Source: Gemmatimonadales bacterium
Lineage (GTDB): Bacteria > Gemmatimonadota > Gemmatimonadetes > Gemmatimonadales > GWC2-71-9
DNA: 64,000 nucleotides
NCBI GenBank assembly: GCA_046596135.1
Contig: JBKJMX010000083.1
Coordinates: forward strand, 180-64,179
Reading direction: 5' to 3'
Below the pieces are notes generated by a model, which searched no databases, had not been told where the DNA came from, and saw only the letters and a list, made by a program, of their open reading frames with translations. The translations under genes were made by a program, and so were the position numbers. Below are positions 54,999 through 64,000 of this stretch, piece after piece; the stretch's first letter is position 1; every line of letters starts with the position of its first letter.

Positions 54999-55517
54999 TC
55001 ACCCCTCCTCGAGACTCGGCTCCCACTCCTCCGGCGGGCTCGGCGCGACGTGCGGGTTGCGCTCCCTGAGCCGGACACAACTGTTCCATCGCAGGATGGC
55101 GTCGTCGTTCATCGGCGGGCGAACCTCCTCCGCCTTGGCATACCAACCATGTGCCTTCTCGAGCCATACGTCGGCCATCTCCCCCGCGTGGAGGGCTCCT
55201 CGCTGCAACAGCCCCTTGGCCCATCGCTCACAGATGATCCCAAACAGATACGCCTTCGTGTACGGATCCTGCAGCGTGGACGCGACCTCCTCCGCACGGT
55301 GCAGGTCTGCCGGACGGCCGGTGATGAATTGGTCGGTCGTGGCCAACACCTGCAGCTTGCGCGCCTCGACATTGCCGGGCTCGACCGCGAGGACATCGAG
55401 GCAGATGCTCTCGGCGGAGATCGGCTCGTTGAGCACTCGGTACTGTTCGGCCTTCTTCAGGGCAGCCGCGACACCATCCTGGGTGATCGGCTTGATCCTT
55501 CTTGGTTCCGCGCTCAT
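54999..55517 (-). CDS. Hypothetical helical protein (172 aa), translationally coupled to sdhB
   Basis: ATGA overlap with the sdhB stop at 55514-55517. Coding-like composition. No family recognised. Confidence 0.6.
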   Translation of the reverse strand: MSAEPRRIKPITQDGVAAALKKAEQYRVLNEPISAESICLDVLAVEPGNVEARKLQVLATTDQFITGRPADLHRAEEVASTLQDPYTKAYLFGIICERWAKGLLQRGALHAGEMADVWLEKAHGWYAKAEEVRPPMNDDAILRWNSCVRLRERNPHVAPSPPEEWEPSLEEG

Positions 55518-56263
55518 GTGCGCTTCCTCCTGAACAGCCGCACCAGCTTCACGACCGGGTCATAGAACTCGTCGACCACCCGCTCCTTGAGCGGGATGAT
55601 GGCGTTGTCGGTGATGGCGATGTGCTCCGGGCACACGGTGGTGCAGCACTTGGTGATGTTGCAGTAGCCGATCGATTGCTCGTCCTTGAGATCCGCAATC
55701 CGGTTCTCGGTGTCGAGAGGGTGCATGTCCAGCGCGGCGGTGTAGACAAAATGGCGGGGGCCGCTGAACTCCGGATGCTTCTGGTGCTCCCGCAGGACAT
55801 GGCAGACGTCCTGGCAGAGAAAACACTCAATACACTTCCGAAACTCCTGGACCCGGTCGACATCTCCCTGGGTCATCCGCCAGGTGCCATCCGGCGCGTC
55901 CGGGGCCCGCGGCTTGAACTTCGTGATCCGCTTCTTGACCTCGAAATTCCACGACACGTCGGTGACGAGGTCGCGCACGTGCGGAAAGCTTCGCATCGGT
56001 TCGACCGTCACCGGTTCACCCGCCGGCAACTCATCCATGCGAGTCATGCAGAGTAGCCGTGGCCGGCCGTTGATCTCCGCGGAGCACGATCCGCACTTGC
56101 CGGCCTTGCAGTTCCATCGAATGGCGAGGTCATTGGCCTCACTGGCCTGGATCTGGTGCATCGCATCAAGCACCACCATCCCCTCACTCACTTCGGTAGT
56201 GTACTCGACGAATTCGCCGGTTCCGTGTTCCCCGCGCCAAACCCTGAAGGTGGTGGATCCCAT
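55514..56263 (-). CDS. sdhB: Succinate dehydrogenase/fumarate reductase iron-sulfur subunit
   Basis: Cys clusters CKAGKCGSCSAEINGRPRLLC, CIECFLCQDVC and CTTVCPEHI. Confidence 0.93.
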   Translation of the reverse strand: MGSTTFRVWRGEHGTGEFVEYTTEVSEGMVVLDAMHQIQASEANDLAIRWNCKAGKCGSCSAEINGRPRLLCMTRMDELPAGEPVTVEPMRSFPHVRDLVTDVSWNFEVKKRITKFKPRAPDAPDGTWRMTQGDVDRVQEFRKCIECFLCQDVCHVLREHQKHPEFSGPRHFVYTAALDMHPLDTENRIADLKDEQSIGYCNITKCCTTVCPEHIAITDNAIIPLKERVVDEFYDPVVKLVRLFRRKRT

Positions 56264-56289
56264 GTCAGCTGTCCCTGGTTGCGGAGTGG

Positions 56290-58110
56290 CTACCCCTTTT
56301 GCTCTTCGATGATCGCGGCCAGTTCGCTCGGCAGCGGCGGGATCGGCGTGCGTTCGATCTCCATCTCACCGTTGCCATTCTTCCGGAGTACGGTGTTGAA
56401 GGTGCCGAACGTCGGATCCTTCTCGGGGTGATCCTCCCGAAAATGTCCGCCGCGACTCTCGGTTCGGTCCAGTGCAGCACGCGCGATCGCTTCGGACACC
56501 AGGAGGAGGTGCCGCAGGTCGAGGGCGGTGTGCCAACCGGGGTTGTACTCCCGGTTGCCCGGCACGCCGACCCGTGCCGCCCGGACCCGCAATTCCGCGA
56601 TGCGCTCGAGCGCCTCGACCATCTCGGGTCCACGACGCACGATGCCGACGAGGGATTGCATCATCTCCTGCAGTTCGTGCTGAATAGCATACCCCGACTC
56701 CGAATCGCTGGCACCGTCGAACGGTGCAAGGGCCGCCGCCACGGCCGCGTCCGCTTCCGCACCGGCCGCGTCGGCAGCTGACGGATTGGCGTTGGCGAAC
56801 GCTGCGGCGTGGTCGCCGGCGCGCTTGCCGAACACCAGCAGGTCGGACAGCGAATTGCCTCCCAGCCGGTTGGCCCCGTGGAGCCCTGCGGCACACTCCC
56901 CGGCGGCGAACAGGCCTGGCACGCACGACATCTGTGTGTCGCCATCGACCCGAATGCCACCCATGATGTAATGGGTTGTGGGCCCCACCTCCATCGGGAC
57001 GGCGGTGATGTCGATGTTCGCCAGTTGCATGAACTGGTGGTACATCGACGGCAGCTTGCGCTTGATGTGCTCGGCCGCGTTCGGCAACCGTTCCTTGATC
57101 CACGCGATGTCGAGAAAAACGCCACCGTGTGGAGAGCCGCGCCCCTCTCGCACCTCGCGCATGATGCAGCGTGCCACATGGTCGCGGGTCAGCAACTCCG
57201 GTGGTCGGCGGGCAGACTTGTCGCCTTGGGTATAGCGCCACCCCTCGTCGGGAGTGTCCGCGGTCTGGCTCTTGTAGTTGTCGGGGATGTCATCGAACAG
57301 GAAGCGCTTGCCCTCGGAGTTCCGGAGCACCCCGCCCTCACCGCGCACCCCCTCGGTCACCAAAATGCCCCGCACACTAGGTGGCCAGACCATGCCGGTC
57401 GGATGGAACTGCACGAACTCCATGTCCAGCAGTTCCGCACCGGCCTCGTAGGCCAGCGAGTGACCATCGCCAGTGTACTCCCAGCTATTGCTGGTGACGC
57501 TGTATGCCCTGCCGATGCCGCCGGTAGCCACCACCACCGCCCGGGCGGCGAAGAGTGTGAACCGACCCTTCTCCCGGTCGTAGGCCAGTGCACCGGTGAT
57601 GCGGTCCCCGTTTCGGAGGAGGCGGACGACCGTCATTTCCATGTAGACGTCGATTGCCTGGTGGATCGCATGATCCTGAAGCGTGCGGATCATCTCCAGG
57701 CCGGTGCGATCGCCTACGTGGGCCAGCCGAGGATAGCGATGGCCCCCGAAATTGCGTTGCAGGATCCGGCCATCGTCGGTCCGGTCGAAGATCGCACCCC
57801 AGGCCTCCAGCTCGCGGACCCGATCGGGAGCCTCCTTGGCGTGCAACTCGGCCATCCGCGAGTTGTTCAGGTACTGGCCGCCGCGCATTGTGTCCGCGAA
57901 GTGGACCCGCCAGTTGTCGCGGTCGTCGACGTGGCCCATCGCGGCGGCCACGCCCCCCTCGGCCATCACGGTGTGCGCCTTGCCGAGGAGCGACTTGCAG
58001 ACCAGACCGACTCGTGCCCCCGCGTCGGCAGCGGCAATCGCCGCCCGGAGCCCCGCTCCCCCGGCCCCGATCACCAATACATCGTGCTCAACCCGTTCGT
58101 ACCCGGCCAC
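56290..58110 (-). CDS. sdhA: Succinate dehydrogenase/fumarate reductase flavoprotein subunit
   Basis: DVLVIGAGGAGLRAAI, the covalent-FAD His region, FVQFHPTG and ESRGGHFRED. GTG start directly abutting the sdhC stop. Confidence 0.95.
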   Translation of the reverse strand: MAGYERVEHDVLVIGAGGAGLRAAIAAADAGARVGLVCKSLLGKAHTVMAEGGVAAAMGHVDDRDNWRVHFADTMRGGQYLNNSRMAELHAKEAPDRVRELEAWGAIFDRTDDGRILQRNFGGHRYPRLAHVGDRTGLEMIRTLQDHAIHQAIDVYMEMTVVRLLRNGDRITGALAYDREKGRFTLFAARAVVVATGGIGRAYSVTSNSWEYTGDGHSLAYEAGAELLDMEFVQFHPTGMVWPPSVRGILVTEGVRGEGGVLRNSEGKRFLFDDIPDNYKSQTADTPDEGWRYTQGDKSARRPPELLTRDHVARCIMREVREGRGSPHGGVFLDIAWIKERLPNAAEHIKRKLPSMYHQFMQLANIDITAVPMEVGPTTHYIMGGIRVDGDTQMSCVPGLFAAGECAAGLHGANRLGGNSLSDLLVFGKRAGDHAAAFANANPSAADAAGAEADAAVAAALAPFDGASDSESGYAIQHELQEMMQSLVGIVRRGPEMVEALERIAELRVRAARVGVPGNREYNPGWHTALDLRHLLLVSEAIARAALDRTESRGGHFREDHPEKDPTFGTFNTVLRKNGNGEMEIERTPIPPLPSELAAIIEEQKG

Positions 58111-58911
58111 CTAGAGGATCCTCAGGTCGGTAATGATGCCGGTGGCACAGAGCCGGATATACACATCCGTCAGGGCGACCGAGAAGAGGCTGAACCAGGC
58201 CCAGTTCATGTGGCGCCGGTTGCAGGTGCTCGAGCAGTCGTAGGCGAACTTCCTGATCGGCGCGTGCGACATGCGATTCATGATCCCACCAAAGAGATGG
58301 CGGGTGGCATGGCACCCGAGTGTATATCCGGAGAGCAGCAGCACGTTCGCCACCATCACGAGCGATCCCACGCCGATGCCGAACTCCTTGCCGCCCATCC
58401 CGTCATCGAACCAGACCCCGAGCCAGGCGTCGCGCCAGAGGACGATCAGCAGCAGCGTTGACAGCAGCAGGCCGTAGCGGTGCAGGTTCTGTAACACCAA
58501 CGGGAAGGACTTCTCGCCCCAGTAGGTCTTGCGGGGTTCACCCACGGCACACGCGGGCGGGTCGGCCCAGAACGCCTTGTAGTACGCGCCGCGGTAGTAG
58601 TAGCAGGTGAAGCGGAAGAGGGCCGGAATCGGCAGAATGATCAGCGCCGGTGAAAACGGTATGAACGCCGGCCACCAGTTGGGGAGTGGTCCGAACCAGG
58701 CGTGCGGTGAAGCGCCCCAGAGTTCGGGGGAGTAGAACGGCGAGAGGTAGGGCCCGGAGGTGTAGTTCGCGTTCTGGAATGCGGCCCAGGTCGCGTACAC
58801 GATGAACGAGGTGAGCACCGTGACGACGGGGATGTTCGGGAGCCACCAGGCGTCGCGACGCATGGTTTCGCCGAACTTACGCCGTTCCATCACCGGCAGG
58901 ATGCGATCCAT
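58111..58911 (-). CDS. sdhC: Succinate dehydrogenase/fumarate reductase cytochrome b subunit (single-polypeptide, 5-TM b558-type)
   Basis: Position upstream of sdhA, five hydrophobic helices and conserved His positions. Start set at the ATG at 58911. The ATG at 58890 is also possible. Confidence 0.78.
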   Translation of the reverse strand: MDRILPVMERRKFGETMRRDAWWLPNIPVVTVLTSFIVYATWAAFQNANYTSGPYLSPFYSPELWGASPHAWFGPLPNWWPAFIPFSPALIILPIPALFRFTCYYYRGAYYKAFWADPPACAVGEPRKTYWGEKSFPLVLQNLHRYGLLLSTLLLIVLWRDAWLGVWFDDGMGGKEFGIGVGSLVMVANVLLLSGYTLGCHATRHLFGGIMNRMSHAPIRKFAYDCSSTCNRRHMNWAWFSLFSVALTDVYIRLCATGIITDLRIL

Positions 58912-59132
58912 GCAGTGAGTCCTGAGCTGGTGGCGAGGAGAATGGCCTGCGGGTGCAGTTGGCCGAGTCGACTCCCCGAAGGTACAGCAGGAATTGGCCC
59001 CCAGACAAATACTCATGATTGAACCAAGGGGTGGGCGGCCGCCGGCTCCTTCAGGCGCAAGCCGTTATTCTCAATCGGTCGGCTTCCTGCCCCCACGGCG
59101 CCCCAACCCCCACCCAAGTCCGAGGCGAGTCC

Positions 59133-61355
59133 ATGAGCGAGCCGTTGGTCAAGCTCACCGCCGCACTCGCCGATCGCTACACCATCGAACGCGAGCTTGG
59201 CGCTGGAGGCATGGCCACGGTCTATCTCGCCCATGACATCAAACACGACCGCCAAGTGGCCATCAAGGTCCTCAAGCCGGAACTGGCGGCCGTGATCAAC
59301 GCTGAGCGCTTCATGGCGGAGATCAAGACAACCGCCGCGCTCCAACATCCGCACATTCTGCCCCTGTTCGACTCGGGGCGAGCCGGCAGCGACCTGTACT
59401 ATGTCATGCCATTCGTCGACGGCGAAACCCTCCGAGACAAAATTGATCGCGAGACTCGTCTCGACGTTGACGAGGCGGTGAAGATCACCGCCGACATCGC
59501 CAAGGCACTTCACTATGCGCATTCGAAGGGCGTGATCCACCGCGACATCAAGCCAGAGAACATCCTCCTCGCCGATGGGTGGCCGATGGTCGCCGACTTC
59601 GGAATCGCCTTCACGGTCAACTCACCGGAACGGACCCGGGTGCGGTTGACAAACGAGGGATTGGCGATGGGCACGCCGGAGTACATGAGTCCGGAGCAGG
59701 CCATGGGCGAGCGTGAGCTCACCCCACAGAGTGACCTCTACTCGCTCGCCATCCTGCTGTACGAAATGCTGGCGGGAGTCCCCCCGTTCAGCGGCCCGTC
59801 CTGGCAGTCGGTGATCGCAAAGCAGATGAGTGCCCCGGTGCCTTCGGTCCGCGGGGCCAACCCGACCGTGCCAGCCGCGGTGGAGGCCGCAATCACGCGC
59901 GCGCTCGCCAAGCCACCGGAGGATCGGTTCCGGTCGGTCAATGCGTTCGTCGAAGCACTCACCTTGCCACGAGCTGGACCGGCTGACCGCGCCTCCGTCG
60001 CAGTGCTGCCATTCCGGCTCGTCGGCACCGGCGCGGAGGATGAGTACTTCGCCGATGGGATCACCGAGGATGTCATCGCGCACCTCTCCAAGCTCAGAAA
60101 CCTCTCCGTGATCGCCCGTAATTCCGTGATGCCATTCCGCGGTCGCGAACAACCGCTCAGCGAGATCGCCGCCCGCTTGCACGTGGCAACAATTCTTGAT
60201 GGGAGCATTCGCCGGGCGGGTTCACGGGTTCGCGTGGTCGTCCAGTTGATCGACGCGGAAACCGGTCGGAGCATCTGGGCCGAGACATACGATCGTGACC
60301 TGACCGATATCTTCGCCATCCAGACCGATGTCGCCTTGCAGATCGCGTCGGCGCTTGAGACCGAACTCTCCACGGAGGAGCGCCGCAGGCTGCACAAGGA
60401 ACCCACTGCCGACGTGCAGGCATACACCCTCTACCTGCAGGGGCGCCACGCGTTGGGCCGGTTCACTGCCACTGGACTGCACGCCGGAATCGAGTTGTTC
60501 GAGCGGGCGATCGGACGCGACTCGCAGTACGCGCTGGCATGGACCGGCATTGCCATCTCCTTCACCGAGATGGCCGAGGGCGGCATGATGGCGCCCGACG
60601 AGGCCTACCGGCGCGCCCGGGCTGCGGTGGACCAGGCGCTCCTTCTCGATCCCGGCCTCGGCGAAGCCCATAGTGCTGCTGCCTACCTCAGGGTGGTTCA
60701 TGATTTCGATTGGATGGGTGCGGAGGCAGGATACCGGCGGGCACTCGACCTCAATCCGAACAGCGCGGACATTCACGACCTCGTCGGCCGGTTCTACTCG
60801 GCGTTGGGCCGTCACGATGAGGCGCTCAAGCACCTCCGTCGCGCCCATGCACTCGACCCACTCACCCACAAGCTTGACGTCGCCACCGAACTGCTGCGGG
60901 CGGAGCGCTTCGAGGAGGCGCTCGCGGCGGCGATGTTGGCGGTCGAGGTCGATCCAGGTTATTCCCGCGCCCAGGCAACGCTGGGGTGGGCGTTGTTCCA
61001 TTGCGGCCGCATTGAGGAGGGCATCGACGCGCTTCGCATCGCCCCCACGCTTCCCGGTGCCAGCGTGCAGTGGCTTGCCCAGCTCGGTGAGGCATATGGC
61101 CTCGCCAGCCGAACCGAGGAGGCGCGGGAGGTTCTCCGCACTCTCGAGGAACTGGCCCAGTCGAGTTTCGTCTCGCCGTACCATCTTGCGTTCGTGCATA
61201 TCGGCCTTGGCGACCACGAACGGGCGCTCGACCACCTTGAGCACGCCGTGGCCGAGCGGTCGGGCGCCACCTATGGAATCCGTGCCTCGTTCCTGCTCAA
61301 ACCGCTGCACGGCCATCCCCGCTTTGAGGCACTGGTGCGGAGGATCAACCTGTGA
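59133..61355 (+). CDS. Ser/Thr protein kinase K6: Hanks kinase + TolB-N/COG5616-like module + TPR; no TM segment
   Basis: GAGGMATVY, VAIKVL, HRDIKPENI and DFG motifs, then VAVLPFRLVGTGAEDEYFADGITED plus TPRs. Start at the ATG at 59133. Confidence 0.9.
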   Translation: MSEPLVKLTAALADRYTIERELGAGGMATVYLAHDIKHDRQVAIKVLKPELAAVINAERFMAEIKTTAALQHPHILPLFDSGRAGSDLYYVMPFVDGETLRDKIDRETRLDVDEAVKITADIAKALHYAHSKGVIHRDIKPENILLADGWPMVADFGIAFTVNSPERTRVRLTNEGLAMGTPEYMSPEQAMGERELTPQSDLYSLAILLYEMLAGVPPFSGPSWQSVIAKQMSAPVPSVRGANPTVPAAVEAAITRALAKPPEDRFRSVNAFVEALTLPRAGPADRASVAVLPFRLVGTGAEDEYFADGITEDVIAHLSKLRNLSVIARNSVMPFRGREQPLSEIAARLHVATILDGSIRRAGSRVRVVVQLIDAETGRSIWAETYDRDLTDIFAIQTDVALQIASALETELSTEERRRLHKEPTADVQAYTLYLQGRHALGRFTATGLHAGIELFERAIGRDSQYALAWTGIAISFTEMAEGGMMAPDEAYRRARAAVDQALLLDPGLGEAHSAAAYLRVVHDFDWMGAEAGYRRALDLNPNSADIHDLVGRFYSALGRHDEALKHLRRAHALDPLTHKLDVATELLRAERFEEALAAAMLAVEVDPGYSRAQATLGWALFHCGRIEEGIDALRIAPTLPGASVQWLAQLGEAYGLASRTEEAREVLRTLEELAQSSFVSPYHLAFVHIGLGDHERALDHLEHAVAERSGATYGIRASFLLKPLHGHPRFEALVRRINL

Positions 61356-61452
61356 TGAGCACCGCCTCCTGCCGGCAGCCCCATCACGGCGCCGAGCCAT
61401 TGTGCCGACTGTGGTGCTCGGTCGTTTCGGTGAGGCAGGCGAGCCGCAGTGA
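61352..61452 (+). pseudogene. Degraded vapC (PIN toxin) relic
   Basis: 61411-61449 matches vapC 40430-40468 at 33 of 39 nt, with the last 18 nt identical. It encodes V-V-L-G-R-F-G-E-A-G-E-P-Q against V-I-L-G-R-F-G-E-A-G-E-P-Q, followed by an immediate stop. The upstream frame shows a faint M.STAS..AEP..RL resemblance to the VapC N-terminus. Confidence 0.4.
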
Positions 61453-61498
61453 TCGTCATCGTCCCGATGATGATCGCTCCTTCGCGGGGGTACCAGTG

Positions 61499-61933
61499 AT
61501 GCGCCTCTCATCATCCGTTGCATGGACGCGGGCGGTTATCGTCATTCTGATGACCACCGCATGTTCCGATGCCGCGCGTGACAACGGCGCTGACAGCGCG
61601 GCCATCGCACCGGTCAATGTCGACGCGATCGCACGATCGGCCGCGACCAATGCCGCAACACTCCGCGACTCTGCCCAGGCGACGCTCGCGACGCTGCTCG
61701 TCAACCCCGCGAGTGCCACCTTCGATAGCGTGGTGGTGATCCAACCGCCGTCGGTCGACGGCCGGGCACCCGTGCTCGCGGTGTGTGGCCGAATCGGCGG
61801 CAAGCCCGGAATCGGTGGCAGATCGACACCGACCCGGTTTGTCTACCAGGGGCGCTGGACGGTGTTCGTCGAGGAGGCAGGCAACCAAGCGGAGTTCGCC
61901 GCGGTGTGGGCGAAGTTGTGTGAGGCGCCTTGA
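61499..61933 (+). CDS. Hypothetical lipoprotein
   Basis: Signal/lipobox MRLSSSVAWTRAVIVILMTTAC. No family recognised. Confidence 0.5.
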   Translation: MRLSSSVAWTRAVIVILMTTACSDAARDNGADSAAIAPVNVDAIARSAATNAATLRDSAQATLATLLVNPASATFDSVVVIQPPSVDGRAPVLAVCGRIGGKPGIGGRSTPTRFVYQGRWTVFVEEAGNQAEFAAVWAKLCEAP

Positions 61934-62017
61934 TCGCTCGGCGCAACGGTACTCTACTGGATATCCGCCTCCGTCGCACGTAGCTTCACAGTTCCTCCCC
62001 ATCGTCAGGCCAATTCC

Positions 62018-63715
62018 ATGTTCCTTCGATCACCAAAGCGTGACGTCTACGACGTCGTCATTGTCGGCTCCGGCGCCGGCGGCGGCATGGCCGCCTACGA
62101 GCTGACTCGCGCCGGTGCCCGCGTGCTGCTGCTCGAAGCCGGTGGCATGTGGGACAACGCCACCGACTCGAGCATGTTCACCAACCCGTGGGAAACTGAT
62201 CGCCGCGGCGCCAGCACGCCCGACCGGCCATTCGGTGAACACGATGCCTGCATCGGTGGCTGGAACATTCCCGGCGAACCGTTCACCACAGCCCCCGGCA
62301 CCCGCTTCTCCTGGTGGCGCGGCCGAATGCTCGGCGGCCGGACCAATCACTGGGGCCGCATCTCGCTCCGCTTCGGCCCTGACGATTTCCAGCGTCGGAA
62401 TGTCGACGGACTCGGCGACAACTGGCCGGTCACCTACGACGAGATCAAGCCGTTCTACGACGACGTCGACCGCCTGGTCGGGATCTTCGGCAGCAACGAA
62501 GGGCTTCGGAATCACCCCGATGGTCATTTCCTGCCCCCACCGCAGCCGCGGTGCTGGGAAAGCCTCGTCAAGAAGGCCGCCGACAAGCACGCTGTGACCT
62601 GTATCCCGTCACGCTTGTCGATCCTCACCCGCCCCACCAACGGCCGCCCGGCGTGCCACTACTGCGGCCAATGCAATCGCGGTTGCGCTACCAACTCGAA
62701 CTTCTCGTCACCCAACGTCCTCATTCACCCCGCCCTGCAAACCGGTCGCCTCACCATTCGCACCGGCGCGATGGCACGCGAGGTGACCGTGGGTCGCAAT
62801 GGACTCGCCGATGGCGTGCTGTTCATCGACAAGGCAACCGGCAAGGAAGAGAAGGCGGAAGGTCGGATCGTGGTGCTCGCCGCAAGTGCATGCGAATCAG
62901 CGCGCATAATGCTCAACTCGAAATCGACCGCATTCCCGCAGGGCATCGGTAACTCCAGCGGCATCGTCGGGAAGTACCTCACCGACACCACGGGCACCGA
63001 TGTCGGTGGATTCGTTCCAGCACTCATGGACCAGCCGCGCCACAACTGCGACGGCGTGGGCGGCGCACACCTCTACATGCCGTGGTGGGTCGACAACAAG
63101 AAGCTCGACTTCCCGCGCGGCTATCACATCGAGATCTGGGGCGGGATGGGCATGCCGAGCTACGGGTTCATGGGCGGGATCCAGAACTATGCGCCTGGCG
63201 GTGGCTACGGTACGTCGCTCAAGAATGATTACCGCAAGTACTGGGGCGCCACCATCGGGTTCTCCGGTCGGGGCGAGATGATCCCCAACGAAGACTCATT
63301 TTGTGAGCTCGACTCCCGCGTGGTCGACCAGTGGGGAATCCCGGTGCTGCGTTTCTCGTGGAAGTGGAGCGATCACGAGCTCAATCAGGTGAAGCACATG
63401 CAGGAAACCTTCCGCACGCTGCTCGCCGAGATGGGCGCGGAAGTGCGGTCGACGATGCCGACGAAGGAACAGGGATACGGGATCGCCACCGGCGGATCGA
63501 TCATCCACGAACTCGGCACGGTGCGCATGGGCAACGACCCGAAGACCAGCGCGCTCAACGGTCAGTGCGCCGCGTGGGATTGCCGCAATCTCTTTGTTGC
63601 CGACGGTGGACCGTTCGTGAGCCAGGCCGACAAGAACCCGACGTGGACCATCCTCGCGCTCTCGATGCGCACCAGCCGGCACATCGCCGCCCAGCGGAAG
63701 GCAGGGAAGCTGTGA
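62018..63715 (+). CDS. GMC family FAD-dependent oxidoreductase (second paralog)
   Basis: DVVIVGSGAGGGMAAYELTRAGARVLLLEAG; HYCGQCNRGC as in the first paralog (HYCGDCHRGC); C-terminal HELGTVRMG...NLFVADGG. Confidence 0.9.
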   Translation: MFLRSPKRDVYDVVIVGSGAGGGMAAYELTRAGARVLLLEAGGMWDNATDSSMFTNPWETDRRGASTPDRPFGEHDACIGGWNIPGEPFTTAPGTRFSWWRGRMLGGRTNHWGRISLRFGPDDFQRRNVDGLGDNWPVTYDEIKPFYDDVDRLVGIFGSNEGLRNHPDGHFLPPPQPRCWESLVKKAADKHAVTCIPSRLSILTRPTNGRPACHYCGQCNRGCATNSNFSSPNVLIHPALQTGRLTIRTGAMAREVTVGRNGLADGVLFIDKATGKEEKAEGRIVVLAASACESARIMLNSKSTAFPQGIGNSSGIVGKYLTDTTGTDVGGFVPALMDQPRHNCDGVGGAHLYMPWWVDNKKLDFPRGYHIEIWGGMGMPSYGFMGGIQNYAPGGGYGTSLKNDYRKYWGATIGFSGRGEMIPNEDSFCELDSRVVDQWGIPVLRFSWKWSDHELNQVKHMQETFRTLLAEMGAEVRSTMPTKEQGYGIATGGSIIHELGTVRMGNDPKTSALNGQCAAWDCRNLFVADGGPFVSQADKNPTWTILALSMRTSRHIAAQRKAGKL

Positions 63716-63768
63716 GCAACCACGATAACAACGAGCTGACAGTTCCAGCGGCTGGCAGCGGCGGCACG

Positions 63769-64000
63769 ATGAACCGTCGCGAGCTCCTCGCCGCGATGGC
63801 TGCCACCGCTGGCGCGTTCGCACTCCCGACACAGGCGCGCGCCGCCGAGGTGAGCCGCGACGTCGCCATTGCACACGCTGCACGCCAGCGCACTCGCGGC
63901 CGCTACGATCCCAAGGTCTACAGCGAGCACGAATGGAAGACAGTGCAAATGCTCGTTGATTACATCATTCCAAAGGATGAACGCAGCGGATCCGCGACCG
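63769..64000 (+). CDS. Gluconate 2-dehydrogenase subunit 3 family small subunit (partial, runs off the window)
   Basis: My own translation gives MNRRELLAAMAATAGAFALPTQARA (Tat signal) ... EHEWKTVQMLVDYIIPKDERSGSAT. This frame is open from the GTG at 63712, which overlaps the GMC stop. Confidence 0.65.
   Translation, partial: MNRRELLAAMAATAGAFALPTQARAAEVSRDVAIAHAARQRTRGRYDPKVYSEHEWKTVQMLVDYIIPKDERSGSAT

Noticed and set aside
54909-55565. Plus-strand ORFs (54909-55565 and 54916-55533) that read through the G12 tract, as possible phase-variable genes.
   Set aside because: They are antisense to the sdhB-coupled gene and low-complexity (Arg/Pro/Ser-rich), with no start context. The G tract lies in the convergent spacer, not within a credible CDS or promoter.
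40046-61452. The kinase/TA region interpreted as a mobile genomic island, prophage or dedicated anti-phage defence island.
   Set aside because: There is no integrase, transposase, tRNA attachment site, flanking direct repeats or phage genes, and no recognisable defence enzymes (no RM, Cas, RT, or a nuclease-helicase pair). A housekeeping sdhCAB operon sits in the middle. TA modules alone are insufficient evidence.

Overview
High-GC (visually about two-thirds G+C) bacterial chromosomal segment that is densely coding. All product calls come from motifs read in the supplied translations. No similarity search was possible. The protein repertoire suggests a Gemmatimonadota- or Acidobacteria-like soil bacterium, but that is only an inference.

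Gene content, left to right:
- A suf Fe-S operon (sufBCDSU) that continues into a bacilliredoxin gene and a small unknown ORF.
- A beta-barrel OMP, an MHS-type MFS transporter and an ABC-2 exporter pair.
- mnmG, two parS sites, then parA and parB. There is no rsmG.
- A large Omp85-barrel protein, NIF3 and several small membrane or stress proteins.
- A Tat-exported GMC oxidoreductase cluster with two TIM-barrel enzymes and a DUF305-GH20 fusion.
- A run of miscellaneous enzymes: DinB, a class V aminotransferase, PNPOx, VOC and penicillin acylase.
- A 20-kb region with six paralogous Hanks-type Ser/Thr kinases. Four are translationally coupled in tandem. Three VapBC-type TA modules and one vapC relic are interleaved with them, and a convergent sdhCAB operon splits the region.
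- A second GMC/small-subunit pair at the right edge.

I recognised no rRNA, tRNA, CRISPR array, transposase, integrase or phage genes.

The structures not explained by genes are:
1. A family of composite, hairpin-rich intergenic mosaic repeats in four copies. Two of them directly bracket the OMP gene and share a 102-nt identical core.
2. Long perfect-period microsatellites: a 16 x 7-nt tract inside the sufB-sufC spacer and a 16 x 8-nt tract filling a convergent spacer.
3. A G12 homopolymer.

The many long ORFs antisense to real genes are treated as high-GC artefacts.
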